Below are positions 9,801 to 18,262 of a DNA stretch of 64,000 nucleotides, in pieces. The DNA is from an uncultured Clostridia bacterium. Its GTDB lineage: Bacteria; Bacillota; Clostridia; Christensenellales; UBA1242. The notes under the pieces were generated by a model. That model had not been told where the DNA came from and searched no databases. It worked only from the letters and a program-made list of their open reading frames with translations. Made by a program: the position numbers and the translations under genes. Numbering within the stretch: the stretch's first letter is position 1; each line of letters begins with the position of its first letter. The stretch covers positions 24,411-88,410 of the forward strand of contig CALVOK010000043.1 in assembly GCA_944350275.1 (NCBI GenBank). The letters are read 5' to 3'.

Positions 9801-11012
9801 TTAAAGTTCTTTAATTATCTCTCCACATTGATAAAATGACTGTTTTGCATCATCTAAGTTTGTGCTTTCTTCAATAGAATTTTGGTTTTCTTCACTAAAA
9901 TTTAAGTTTTCTTCTTTGAAATTTATTTTTTCTTCATTGAAGTTTGATTTTTCTTGAGTCAAATTTGTATTATCTTCTAAATTCGAGGTCTCTTCGCTGG
10001 CAGTGTCTAAGTTAGTTTTGTCTAGGTTTAGGTTATTTTCGACGTCAGAGTGTGAGTTGTCCGCTGAAGTCTCCGCTGTTTTAGAGTTTATGTAGGCATA
10101 GTTTTCTTCTGCGCGGTTAAGAAGAGCACCTAATATGTAAATGTACAAGTCTTTTATCTCGTCATTGTTCATCACCTGCCAAACTATATCTCGCAGGTCC
10201 TGTGCCTCAATGTAGTCAAATTTCTCAAGCAGTTCTATCTCGCTGTAACTTGTAAAGCGGTACTTAAAATCACCCTGCTTTGCTTGAGAAAGTGCTTTTA
10301 CTATGGTTTTAACTACTTCGCTGAAGTACTGCTTGCCTTTTTCGTCGTAACCCCAGTAAGAGTAGTACTGCTGAGTTTTCTTAAGCAGGTTATCTTTCAT
10401 TTCCCTCGCGTCGTGTGTGAGAGAGGATGTATGCGTATGTGCGTGTGCGTGCGTATGTACGTGTGCGGGCGCGGGTGCGGGTGATAGATTATTTATTTTA
10501 TTTTTCGACAGACAAAAATTAATTTCTTTTTCTTCTTCTTTTTCTATTTCTTTATTATTATAGGGATAATTAACTCCAATTATCTGGCAATTATCTTGAA
10601 ATATCTCTTTTTTATCTTCAATTATCTTTTTGTTTTTTTTATTGTCAGTTTTTGCCTTTTCTTCTGTTGCAAGAGTGGTTTCTTCCTCGTGGTCTAATAG
10701 GTCATTTTCTTTCTCGTCAGGGCTAGGATAATAGGGATTTCGCTCCCCTTTTTTGAAGTTTGGATTGCCTTTTTTGTGACCTTTAAGACGCTTGTCCATC
10801 CTTATACTTTTCTCAATGCTAGGCAGAAAACTTGTGATAATTGCCTGCGAAATTTGTGATAGTCCTGTAGGCTCTATCCCGCTTGACATAAAGGATATAA
10901 CCGCTTTGTATGTCTCAAGTTGATACTCCTCTGGCAGTGAATTTATTGTATTTGACCAATTGGTAAAAAACACGAAACACTCTCTTTGATAAACTTTATT
11001 TCTGTCTTTCAT
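9801..11012 (-). CDS. Hypothetical protein with an internal His/Thr/Ala low-complexity tract and a C-terminal N/E-rich repeat tail
   Basis: The start at 11012 (MKDRNKVYQ...) is preferred because the RBS aaggaggg precedes it. The protein contains PAPAPAHVHTHAHAHTHTSS and a tail of the form EEKINFKEENLNFSEENQNS. No recognisable catalytic motif. Confidence 0.6.
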   Translation of the reverse strand: MKDRNKVYQRECFVFFTNWSNTINSLPEEYQLETYKAVISFMSSGIEPTGLSQISQAIITSFLPSIEKSIRMDKRLKGHKKGNPNFKKGERNPYYPSPDEKENDLLDHEEETTLATEEKAKTDNKKNKKIIEDKKEIFQDNCQIIGVNYPYNNKEIEKEEEKEINFCLSKNKINNLSPAPAPAHVHTHAHAHTHTSSLTHDAREMKDNLLKKTQQYYSYWGYDEKGKQYFSEVVKTIVKALSQAKQGDFKYRFTSYSEIELLEKFDYIEAQDLRDIVWQVMNNDEIKDLYIYILGALLNRAEENYAYINSKTAETSADNSHSDVENNLNLDKTNLDTASEETSNLEDNTNLTQEKSNFNEEKINFKEENLNFSEENQNSIEESTNLDDAKQSFYQCGEIIKEL

Positions 11013-11141
11013 TTCTTCCCTCCTTGATTTCTTTTGCTTGGCTATATTATAGTCTAGCAATTTTTAATTTTTCAAGGTTATATGCCACAAATTATTGATT
11101 CTTTTAAAGTTTATTTTTAAGTCCTTTTTTAGCCATAAAAA

Positions 11142-11230
11142 AGATAATTCGAGAGATAATTCGCATTTTTTTGAAGATAATTGCAAGATAATTGGAGATA
11201 ATTGGAGATAAAAAAGATAAATAATTATCT
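11142..11230. promoter_or_regulatory. Iteron-like cluster of AGATAATT motifs upstream of the 9801..11012 gene
   Basis: Perfect AGATAATT at 11142, 11154, 11175, 11186 and 11196. Partial copies at 11206 and 11215, and an inverted copy aattatct at 11223. Spacings are mostly 9-12 bp. Confidence 0.6.
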
Positions 11231-11337
11231 TTTATCTTTTTTCGTGTTTTTTACTTTTCCCAAGATTTATTTTTACATATTTTATTGTTTCCAAATTCCC
11301 TCGTTTTTCCCAGTTTTTGTGTTTCTCTTCAAAATTA

Positions 11338-12966
11338 CTACTGAATTACCACCTCACCGTTGAGCCAACTGTTGAAAAAGCCCTCAAGGTCACAGTGAGA
11401 CGACTTGTTAAACGAGGCTATCATGTCGGCAGGAGTTGCGTTTTTGAAGGCAAAGTCAGTGTAATAGTCCTCTAGTGCCTTGAAAAATTTTCTATCACCT
11501 AAGGACTTTCGAATAGAATCAAACATTAGCAGTCCTTTTGTATAGGTACACTGCACATACTCTGGCTGGGTGTCGAATTTGTTAAGCGGTCTATCCATTG
11601 AGGTGTCTACACTTCCATTGACCTGAGAGTACACCCTCACAAAAGTTTTGTAACTCTCGGTGGCACTATCAATCATCGCCTTGCTGTCAACATTGTATTT
11701 TTCATTCCTCTCAAAAAAGAGCAGAGTGCTATACTCGGTAAGTCCCTCATCCATCCAGGCATGGTTATATTCATCATTGCCCACAACTCCATACCACCAT
11801 TGATGAGCAATCTCGTGTGCTATCACATAGGCAATGTCCTCTTGCGAAAGGTCGTCGCTTATCATAACAAGGTTTGGATACTCCATTCCGCCGTGGATAA
11901 AGTTTGTTTTTACAACATTTAGAGTTGAATATGGATACTCTCCGAATAAATCATTATAGGTATTAAGGGCATCGACTGCAATTTCAAGGCAGGTGTTTAG
12001 GTTATTGTCGCCTGTGTAACCGTAATAGGTCACCTTAACTAAGCCCACCTGTTGTGATTTGCTCGCAAAAATCTCGCTTAAAACAAAACAGAAATCTCGA
12101 ATATTGTCTCCGCTAACTTTTGCCATTGTCATGTCTTGAGCGGAAGTCGTGTTATTGGAATTTGTGTTATCTTGAGCGGAAGTTGTGTTATTGGAATTTG
12201 AGTTATCTTGAGCAGAGGTTGTGTTTTTGTCTGCTGGTGAGATATTGGTCTCTGACAAAACTACACCTGAAGTTGCAAGGCTAAAAGAAGATGGATAGCA
12301 AATCTCTACCTCATAGTTTGCCTGCTCACTGTAAAATGGGTCACCATTTGAGTGATAAAGGTCGGTTTTAAATCCCTCGCCCTCCTCATAGACGCAGAGA
12401 ATAGGATAAAAATTGCCAAAGTTTGTGGTGTTATTGCCATAACCTAGTCTATGATTTACATTTGCAAGAGTTGTGACAAATTCTATTGTAAAGGTAACCT
12501 GCTCGTCAGGATAGACCTCGCAAGGCAGGTTCACTTTCAGTATGTTACTGTCCTCGCCCTCAATGCTATACTCAAGATTTTCTCCGCCACCTGTCACACT
12601 TAACACTTCAATACCGCCGTAACTTTCGCCGTCAACATACACCTCATCCTCGTCCGCTATGCTGACAATAGGGTTTTTCGCACCCTCTCGAAAGGCATTT
12701 GGATAGAGGTGAAGATACAGATATGTGAACATATTATCATAATTATTGACAAACGTCACCTCCTCTCTTCCCGTTAGCGAGTGAGAGGTCTGGTCATAGG
12801 AGAGTTGCATTTTGTAACTTGAGACAGGAGTGTTGTCCTCCCTCAAACCGTTAACACATAAAATTGTCACTATCAAAATGACCGCAACAAACAAAACTAT
12901 AAGGGATATAATTTTAAATTTCTTATTTATGGTTATCTTTTTCATATTTGAAGTTGTCTTTTTCAT
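11338..12966 (-). CDS. M1-family zinc metallopeptidase (aminopeptidase N-like), membrane-anchored
   Basis: HEIAHQWWYG (HExxH) followed by WMDEGLTEY (the downstream Glu ligand). N-terminal TM helix. Internal 36-bp tandem insertion encoding NTTSAQDN(S/T)NSN. Confidence 0.85.
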   Translation of the reverse strand: MKKTTSNMKKITINKKFKIISLIVLFVAVILIVTILCVNGLREDNTPVSSYKMQLSYDQTSHSLTGREEVTFVNNYDNMFTYLYLHLYPNAFREGAKNPIVSIADEDEVYVDGESYGGIEVLSVTGGGENLEYSIEGEDSNILKVNLPCEVYPDEQVTFTIEFVTTLANVNHRLGYGNNTTNFGNFYPILCVYEEGEGFKTDLYHSNGDPFYSEQANYEVEICYPSSFSLATSGVVLSETNISPADKNTTSAQDNSNSNNTTSAQDNTNSNNTTSAQDMTMAKVSGDNIRDFCFVLSEIFASKSQQVGLVKVTYYGYTGDNNLNTCLEIAVDALNTYNDLFGEYPYSTLNVVKTNFIHGGMEYPNLVMISDDLSQEDIAYVIAHEIAHQWWYGVVGNDEYNHAWMDEGLTEYSTLLFFERNEKYNVDSKAMIDSATESYKTFVRVYSQVNGSVDTSMDRPLNKFDTQPEYVQCTYTKGLLMFDSIRKSLGDRKFFKALEDYYTDFAFKNATPADMIASFNKSSHCDLEGFFNSWLNGEVVIQ

Positions 12967-13185
12967 GTTATAATATACTAAGACTTTGTCCTTTTGATAA
13001 CTTGCAATATGGGTTTGTTTAAAAAAGTCTATGTAAAACTTGGTAAAATACTATAGAATTAATAGAGTTTAAAGTTACAAATTTAACAGGCAAAATTTTT
13101 AAACTAACTTAATCTAATTTTTCAACCTATTTAAAATTGCTTGTAAAAACGAGGCGAGTATGATAGAATTATTTTTGGAGGAATT

Positions 13186-14628
13186 ATGGCTTTTTGTAAA
13201 TATTCTACTGAATTTATAGCAAGTTCTAAGACAGAAATCGACAATATTTTTATTAATGACTATCTGCCTTTTGCTCAACCTCAGTTTGTGGTTGTATATA
13301 TCTATGGACTTTATCTTTGCAACAGCACCTCTTTTGATAACTCGCTGGAAAACTTCGCAAAGACTCTTAATATGAGTGAGGAGGATGTCGTTGGCGCATT
13401 CGAGTTTTGGGAGGAACAGGGACTTGTTCAGGTTTTAAAGACTAACCCTGTCCAAGTGGTATTTGTTCCGCTTAAAAATGTTCTAACCGCAAATAAACTG
13501 TATAAGCCTGACAAGTATACCACGTTTAATCAGCAGGCTCAGGATATTTTCCAAGGAAAACGGTCAATCACCAAGCATGAGTATGAGGAGTACTATGATT
13601 TTTTGGAACGTTATCACGTCGAGCAAGAGGCGCTTCTTATGATTATGCAGTACTGCGTCAACACAAAAAAGCAGGCTGTGGGATATAACTACATCCTCAC
13701 CGTCGCAAAAAATTGGGCATATGAGGGTATAACTACCGCCTTGCAGGTGGAAGAAAGACTGCGTGCCTTTGAAGAAAAAGACCCAAATCTCCTTGAAATT
13801 TTTAAGGTGCTGGGAATTAAACGTTCACCTTACGTCGAGGAGAGAGCGCTTCTCAATAAGTGGCTGAGCGACTATGGTTTTGGTCTTGAGGTTATACTTC
13901 ACGTGTGCAAGTCCTATAACAAGAAGGCAAGGCTAAATTTTGAAAGACTTGACGGAATTTTGACAAAATACTACGAAATGAAACTTATGTCGGCAAAAGA
14001 AATTGACGACTTTGAAAGCGAAAAACAGTCGCTTTACTCTCTTGCCAAAGATGTCAACAAGGCAATTGGTGTGTACTATGAAAATCTGGAAACCGTTGTT
14101 GAGACATACATATTAAAATGGATAAATATGGGTTTTGAGCGGGCTCTTCTTGTGGAGATTGCCTCATACTGCTTTAAGAATTCTATCCGCACACTTGAGG
14201 GCATGGATAGGACTGTGGCAAAGTTTTATAAACTTGGACTTTTATCACTGTCCGCCTTTAACGAATATATGGGACAAATTCTCGCTGATGATGACAAGAT
14301 AAAAAATATACTTTTCTCGCTTAAAATTGAACGTGGAGTTAGCACTTTTGACAGAACAAACTACAAGATTTGGACTGAGGAGTGGAACCTTCCTGGTGAT
14401 GTCATTGACTATGCTGTCAGCATTTCAAAAGGCAAGAATAACCCTATAAAATACCTCTCAAAAGTGCTTGCCGACTATCACGAAAAGGGAATAAAGACGG
14501 TCGACGAGGCAAAAAATAACTCACCTATTGAAGAAAAAGTCTCATCAAAAAATAACTTCTCTGGGCGAAGTTACTCAAAAGAAGAAATCAATGCCCTATT
14601 TCAGTCCATTGATGAAATTGATATTTAA
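13186..14628 (+). CDS. dnaB: Replication initiation and membrane attachment protein, Bacillus DnaB-type (DnaD-like domains; not the replicative helicase)
   Basis: 480 aa, with size and position directly upstream of dnaI as in Bacillus dnaB-dnaI. Repeated DnaD-like helical segments (e.g. NYILTVAKNWAYEGITT and KYLSKVLADYHEKGIKT). Confidence 0.65.
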   Translation: MAFCKYSTEFIASSKTEIDNIFINDYLPFAQPQFVVVYIYGLYLCNSTSFDNSLENFAKTLNMSEEDVVGAFEFWEEQGLVQVLKTNPVQVVFVPLKNVLTANKLYKPDKYTTFNQQAQDIFQGKRSITKHEYEEYYDFLERYHVEQEALLMIMQYCVNTKKQAVGYNYILTVAKNWAYEGITTALQVEERLRAFEEKDPNLLEIFKVLGIKRSPYVEERALLNKWLSDYGFGLEVILHVCKSYNKKARLNFERLDGILTKYYEMKLMSAKEIDDFESEKQSLYSLAKDVNKAIGVYYENLETVVETYILKWINMGFERALLVEIASYCFKNSIRTLEGMDRTVAKFYKLGLLSLSAFNEYMGQILADDDKIKNILFSLKIERGVSTFDRTNYKIWTEEWNLPGDVIDYAVSISKGKNNPIKYLSKVLADYHEKGIKTVDEAKNNSPIEEKVSSKNNFSGRSYSKEEINALFQSIDEIDI

Positions 14629-14977
14629 TTTGATAAAAATATATATAAAAATTCATTAATAAATTAAAAATTAATTTCAAATAAAAAAATATTATTTAAA
14701 AATAAGTTTGATTATAAATAAATTTAATTTGTTTTATTAAATAATTTTAATTAATTAAATAATTGTAAATAAATTTTAATATTAACCTATTTTTTAATAA
14801 AAATTTAATAAAAAATGTCTTTATTTGTCATATTTTTCAAGTTTTTTAGTAATTTTTATATATTTTTATTAAATTTATGTCATTTTATATTGATTTTTAC
14901 TTAAAATACACTTAAAATATTATTAAAGGCAATTAAAATATTATTAAATAAAAAACAGCATTTTAAGGGAGAAAATT

Positions 14978-15877
14978 ATGAAAACGTCTGTTATTGAAAA
15001 GGCAAAAAAAATTATTGATAACCGAAGATTTGATGCCGAAAATGAAGCGCTTAAAAACAAGGTAAAAGCATTTGAGGACAAAACATTTAAAGAGTTATAT
15101 CAAGACTACACCACAAAGATGATTGAATCTTGCAGAGAGGGCGAGGCTCTTTCAAGCAAGGTCCAAAATATCAAAAAGAGATATCAAAAGCGGTTAAAAG
15201 AGATTGGTATTGCCTCCATTGACCCTGACTATTACTGCAAAAAATGTAATGATAGCGGTTATGTCGAGGGCAAGTACTGCTCCTGTCTTATTAAAGAAAT
15301 TAACAACATCTTGAAAAAGGAGAGCGGGTTTGACAGGCTTGAAGAGTTTGATAAAACTGATTTCTCCATATTTGAAAATGCTGATGAGATGAAGAAGTTA
15401 TATGAAAAAATGAAGGCATGGTGTCACTCTAAATTTGATAAGAATTTGATTTTTATTGCTGGCAATACTGGAGTGGGTAAAACTCACCTTATCAAGTGTA
15501 TGGCAAACGAACTTATCAATCTAAATCATGTCGTTTTGCTCACCTCCTCGTTTGCTATGCATCAAGATTTTGTTAAGAGTTACTCGACGCGTGACCTTGA
15601 CGAGAAGAGTAGTTTGCTTGACAGATATCTTAACTCTGAGGTGCTTTTTATAGACGATTTGGGAACAGAACTGAGGCAACCTAACATCACAATAAATTAT
15701 CTCTATCAGGTGATAAACGAAAGGAAGATGAATAGACTGCCGACAATTATAACCTCAAATCTTGACCTATATGAACTCAAGGACTATTACGACGAGAGAA
15801 TTTCAAGTCGAATTATTGATAAGGCATCATCAATCTGTATATTTGTCAAAGGCAAAGATTTGAGACTTGTAAAGTGA
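14978..15877 (+). CDS. dnaI: Helicase loader DnaI (DnaC/IstB-like AAA+ ATPase)
   Basis: N-terminal Cys cluster CKKCNDSGYVEGKYCSC, Walker A GNTGVGKTHL, Walker B LFIDDLG, and ITSN sensor motif. 299 aa. Confidence 0.85.
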   Translation: MKTSVIEKAKKIIDNRRFDAENEALKNKVKAFEDKTFKELYQDYTTKMIESCREGEALSSKVQNIKKRYQKRLKEIGIASIDPDYYCKKCNDSGYVEGKYCSCLIKEINNILKKESGFDRLEEFDKTDFSIFENADEMKKLYEKMKAWCHSKFDKNLIFIAGNTGVGKTHLIKCMANELINLNHVVLLTSSFAMHQDFVKSYSTRDLDEKSSLLDRYLNSEVLFIDDLGTELRQPNITINYLYQVINERKMNRLPTIITSNLDLYELKDYYDERISSRIIDKASSICIFVKGKDLRLVK

Positions 15878-15907
15878 GATTTTTCAAAATAAAATAGTCT
15901 GCAAACA

Positions 15908-15962
15908 TTTTTGTGCGGATGAACTGGGTGCGAGAGTTTTTGTGCGGATGAACTGGGTGCGA
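15908..15962. repeat. Direct repeat, 2 x 26 bp (tttttgtgcggatgaactgggtgcga), period 29 bp, running into the adjacent palindromic module
   Basis: Identical copies at 15908-15933 and 15937-15962. The second copy supplies the 5' strand of the closing stem at 15957. Confidence 0.9.
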
Positions 15963-16049
15963 CTTGCATAAGTCGAAAATCCTTTTCGACTTATATCACG
16001 TTTTTTAAAAAACGTGATGGTTGCTTTTGTAAGCAACCGCAAGTCGCAC
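15957..16049. other. Second perfect four-way-junction palindromic module: an 11-bp closing stem enclosing three abutting perfect hairpins
   Basis: Closing stem gtgcgacttgc (15957-15967) pairs with gcaagtcgcac (16039-16049). Inner hairpins are 15968-15994 (12 bp, ataagtcgaaaa/ttttcgacttat), 15995-16018 (24-nt perfect palindrome atcacgtttttt/aaaaaacgtgat) and 16019-16038 (8 bp, ggttgctt/aagcaacc). There are zero unpaired junction nucleotides. Confidence 0.85.
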
Positions 16050-16110
16050 ATTCAAAGAACAATTTTCTTACAAAATGTCTTTATATTATCATTATCTATA
16101 AAACACAATA

Positions 16111-16141
16111 AAAAATGCATGATTTTACTCATGCGTTTTTT
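16111..16141. terminator. Bidirectional Rho-independent terminator between dnaI (+) and the MBL hydrolase gene (-)
   Basis: Stem gcatga/tcatgc (16117-16122/16129-16134), flanked by an A-run on the left and a T-run on the right. Confidence 0.65.
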
Positions 16142-16145
16142 AATG

Positions 16146-16760
16146 TTATCTTGTTAAAAACCTCTTAAACACGGCAATGTTTTTCATTTGTGTTTGATAG
16201 GTGCTTTTCTCGCCATGACCGCTATAAGCCTCCTCAAAGGTAAGTTTTTCAAGTTTGCAAAGGCTCTCAAACATTTCATCCTTGCTGGAGTTTTTAAGGT
16301 CAGTTCGCCCTATCCCCTTTTTAAACAACACGTCACCTGAAAAGAGTTTTCCGTCTATTAAATAGCACTCACAGCACTTGCTATGCCCTGGACAATAGTA
16401 GCAGTCAACCTTAAACTCGTCAATCTGGATGGTCTTATCTTCGCCTATAAACTCAAACCTTGAAAAGTCGTCAATTGTCTCGCCATGCTTTGAATAGATT
16501 GCGACAGGGTCGGTCAAGGTGTCTTTTATCTTTTCGCTTGCATAGATTTTGCATTTGTAAAAGTTTGCATAGTCTAGCACGTGGCAGGAGTGGTCGTAAT
16601 GTCCATGAGTTAGAAGTATGCCGACGACTCTATTGTTTCCCACTGCCTTTATCAAATCATACAAGAAGGCACCACCATCAACTATTAGGCATTTACCATT
16701 TTTACTTACAATATAGACATTTGCATCCAAATATTGACCTATAAGTTTTTTTATTTCCAT
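16146..16760 (-). CDS. MBL-fold metallo-hydrolase (glyoxalase II-like)
   Basis: LTHGHYDH (HxHxDH) motif, downstream His/Asp ligands, 204 aa. Confidence 0.8.
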   Translation of the reverse strand: MEIKKLIGQYLDANVYIVSKNGKCLIVDGGAFLYDLIKAVGNNRVVGILLTHGHYDHSCHVLDYANFYKCKIYASEKIKDTLTDPVAIYSKHGETIDDFSRFEFIGEDKTIQIDEFKVDCYYCPGHSKCCECYLIDGKLFSGDVLFKKGIGRTDLKNSSKDEMFESLCKLEKLTFEEAYSGHGEKSTYQTQMKNIAVFKRFLTR

Positions 16761-16821
16761 ATTTTCACCTTGTCATATATTGTACCACATTTTAGAAAAT
16801 ATCAAAACAAAATTGGCAAAA

Positions 16822-18099
16822 TTAGGATTTTTCCTCGTAGTTGTCCTTATTTGCCTCGCCCTCTCGGCTATGCTCCTTCTCCATGTCATCTTCAAGATAA
16901 AGGGAAAGTGTCTCAAACTCGTTTAGATATGCCTGTTGTTGCATCTCTATCATCTTTACCACATACTCGGCAAACTCGCTTACATCCTTGGTGTTTATCC
17001 CTCGTGCAAGACGTTCATCAAAATTGCCCTTTGTGTCCGTTCTAAATGCAATAATTGGATATCCGTTTTTTGCAAGTTCATAGTTGGTAAAAAGTCTCGC
17101 TGTCCTTTTGTTTCCATCTCTAAATGGTTGTATCCTTGAAATCTCTAGGTTAAGCAAGCAGGCTTTCACAATTGGTGGCATATCGCTTGTGTTGTACCAG
17201 TTTATAAGTTCCTGAACCTCTTTGACAAGCGGTCTATTGTTGTATTTTGTTGGATTGCCAAGATAATCTCGCTCTAAAACCTCACGAATTACCACAACAT
17301 CCCATGCATTTACAAGCACGTTGGTATCTCTAAATTTGCCTAGTCCCCTCTCGCCGTCTCGCTCCGTTCCTTTAAATAATAGTCCATTTATCACCTCAAG
17401 TGCGTGAGCGTCAAGTTTGTCGCCGTTTTCCCTGCTGTCGCTAGCCATTTGAAGTATCTGTTGCAGTGCCAACATATGATTTTTGTTAGGAAGAACTTTA
17501 AACTCTCGTTTCATTGGGTTTACATATATAAGGTGAGTGTTCTTGACAAAACTGTCTTGAAGTTGGCAGGTTCGACACTTGCCTGTTATCTTGCTTTTCT
17601 TATAAAAATTCTTGAGGTTCTCAAGTGAAATGATTTTAAATTTGCTGTCTTTCTTTTTGAGAATTGTATTTATAGCAAGACCAAAATCTGAGTTATTCCT
17701 AAAACCGAACACACCCTCACCATTATCCTTGACCTTGCCCTTCTTGTATTGGAAGGCAAGAATTCCGCCATTGGTGATAAGTCCGTATTTTATATCCTTT
17801 AACTGCTCGTCTATCTCGCCATAGTCCACCTCTTCAAGTTTGTCGCTTTTTATCACATAGTCAAGATTGACAAGATTGTTAAATGCCTTCATAAACGGCT
17901 CAATAAAGCAGGCAAGTTTTCCCGTTCTGTACCTCTCAATCTCCTTGTGCTGAGCCTCTATCTTGCTTGTATCAATCGGTCTTGACAGATAATAGCCTCT
18001 AAAACCTACCTCTAGTCTGTCATTCTTTGCACTCTTTGGCTCTTCCTGTGCGCTGTTTGTCTCGTCCGCTTTAATCTCAACTGCTTTTTTCTCTGCCAT
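16822..18099 (-). CDS. Fic/Doc-family protein with a non-canonical active-site motif (QPFRDGNKRTAR) and a long N-terminal domain of unknown function
   Basis: The start at 18099 (MAEKKAV..., RBS aaggag) is preferred. C-terminal Fic core ...ACLLNLEISRIQPFRDGNKRTARLFTNYELAKNGYP. The NKR version of the motif is Doc-like. The catalytic His position is CAA (Gln) at 17128-17130. Confidence 0.75.
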   Translation of the reverse strand: MAEKKAVEIKADETNSAQEEPKSAKNDRLEVGFRGYYLSRPIDTSKIEAQHKEIERYRTGKLACFIEPFMKAFNNLVNLDYVIKSDKLEEVDYGEIDEQLKDIKYGLITNGGILAFQYKKGKVKDNGEGVFGFRNNSDFGLAINTILKKKDSKFKIISLENLKNFYKKSKITGKCRTCQLQDSFVKNTHLIYVNPMKREFKVLPNKNHMLALQQILQMASDSRENGDKLDAHALEVINGLLFKGTERDGERGLGKFRDTNVLVNAWDVVVIREVLERDYLGNPTKYNNRPLVKEVQELINWYNTSDMPPIVKACLLNLEISRIQPFRDGNKRTARLFTNYELAKNGYPIIAFRTDTKGNFDERLARGINTKDVSEFAEYVVKMIEMQQQAYLNEFETLSLYLEDDMEKEHSREGEANKDNYEEKS

Positions 18100-18165
18100 T
18101 TTTTTCTCCTTGCAATATTTTAACATATTTTTTATATTATTTCAACATTATTTTTGATAATATTT

Positions 18166-18193
18166 TTGACTTTTTCGCCAATTTTGTTATAAT
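18166..18193 (+). promoter_or_regulatory. Sigma-A type promoter (TTGACT, 16 nt spacer, TATAAT) for the 18263 gene
   Basis: TTGACT at 18166-18171 and TATAAT at 18188-18193, about 70 nt upstream of the ATG. Confidence 0.55.
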
Positions 18194-18262
18194 AAAGTTG
18201 AAGAATAAAAATGTTTTTTAATGCTAACAAAAATCTTCTCTTTAATTTAAAAGGATGGGTCT

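Noticed and set aside
9801-15877. A prophage or plasmid-derived island, suggested by the replisome-type genes, the iteron-like repeats and the orphan protein.
   Set aside because: There are no integrase, structural, lysis or partition genes. dnaB-dnaI is the normal chromosomal helicase-loading operon of Bacillota, and an ordinary M1 peptidase gene separates the pieces.
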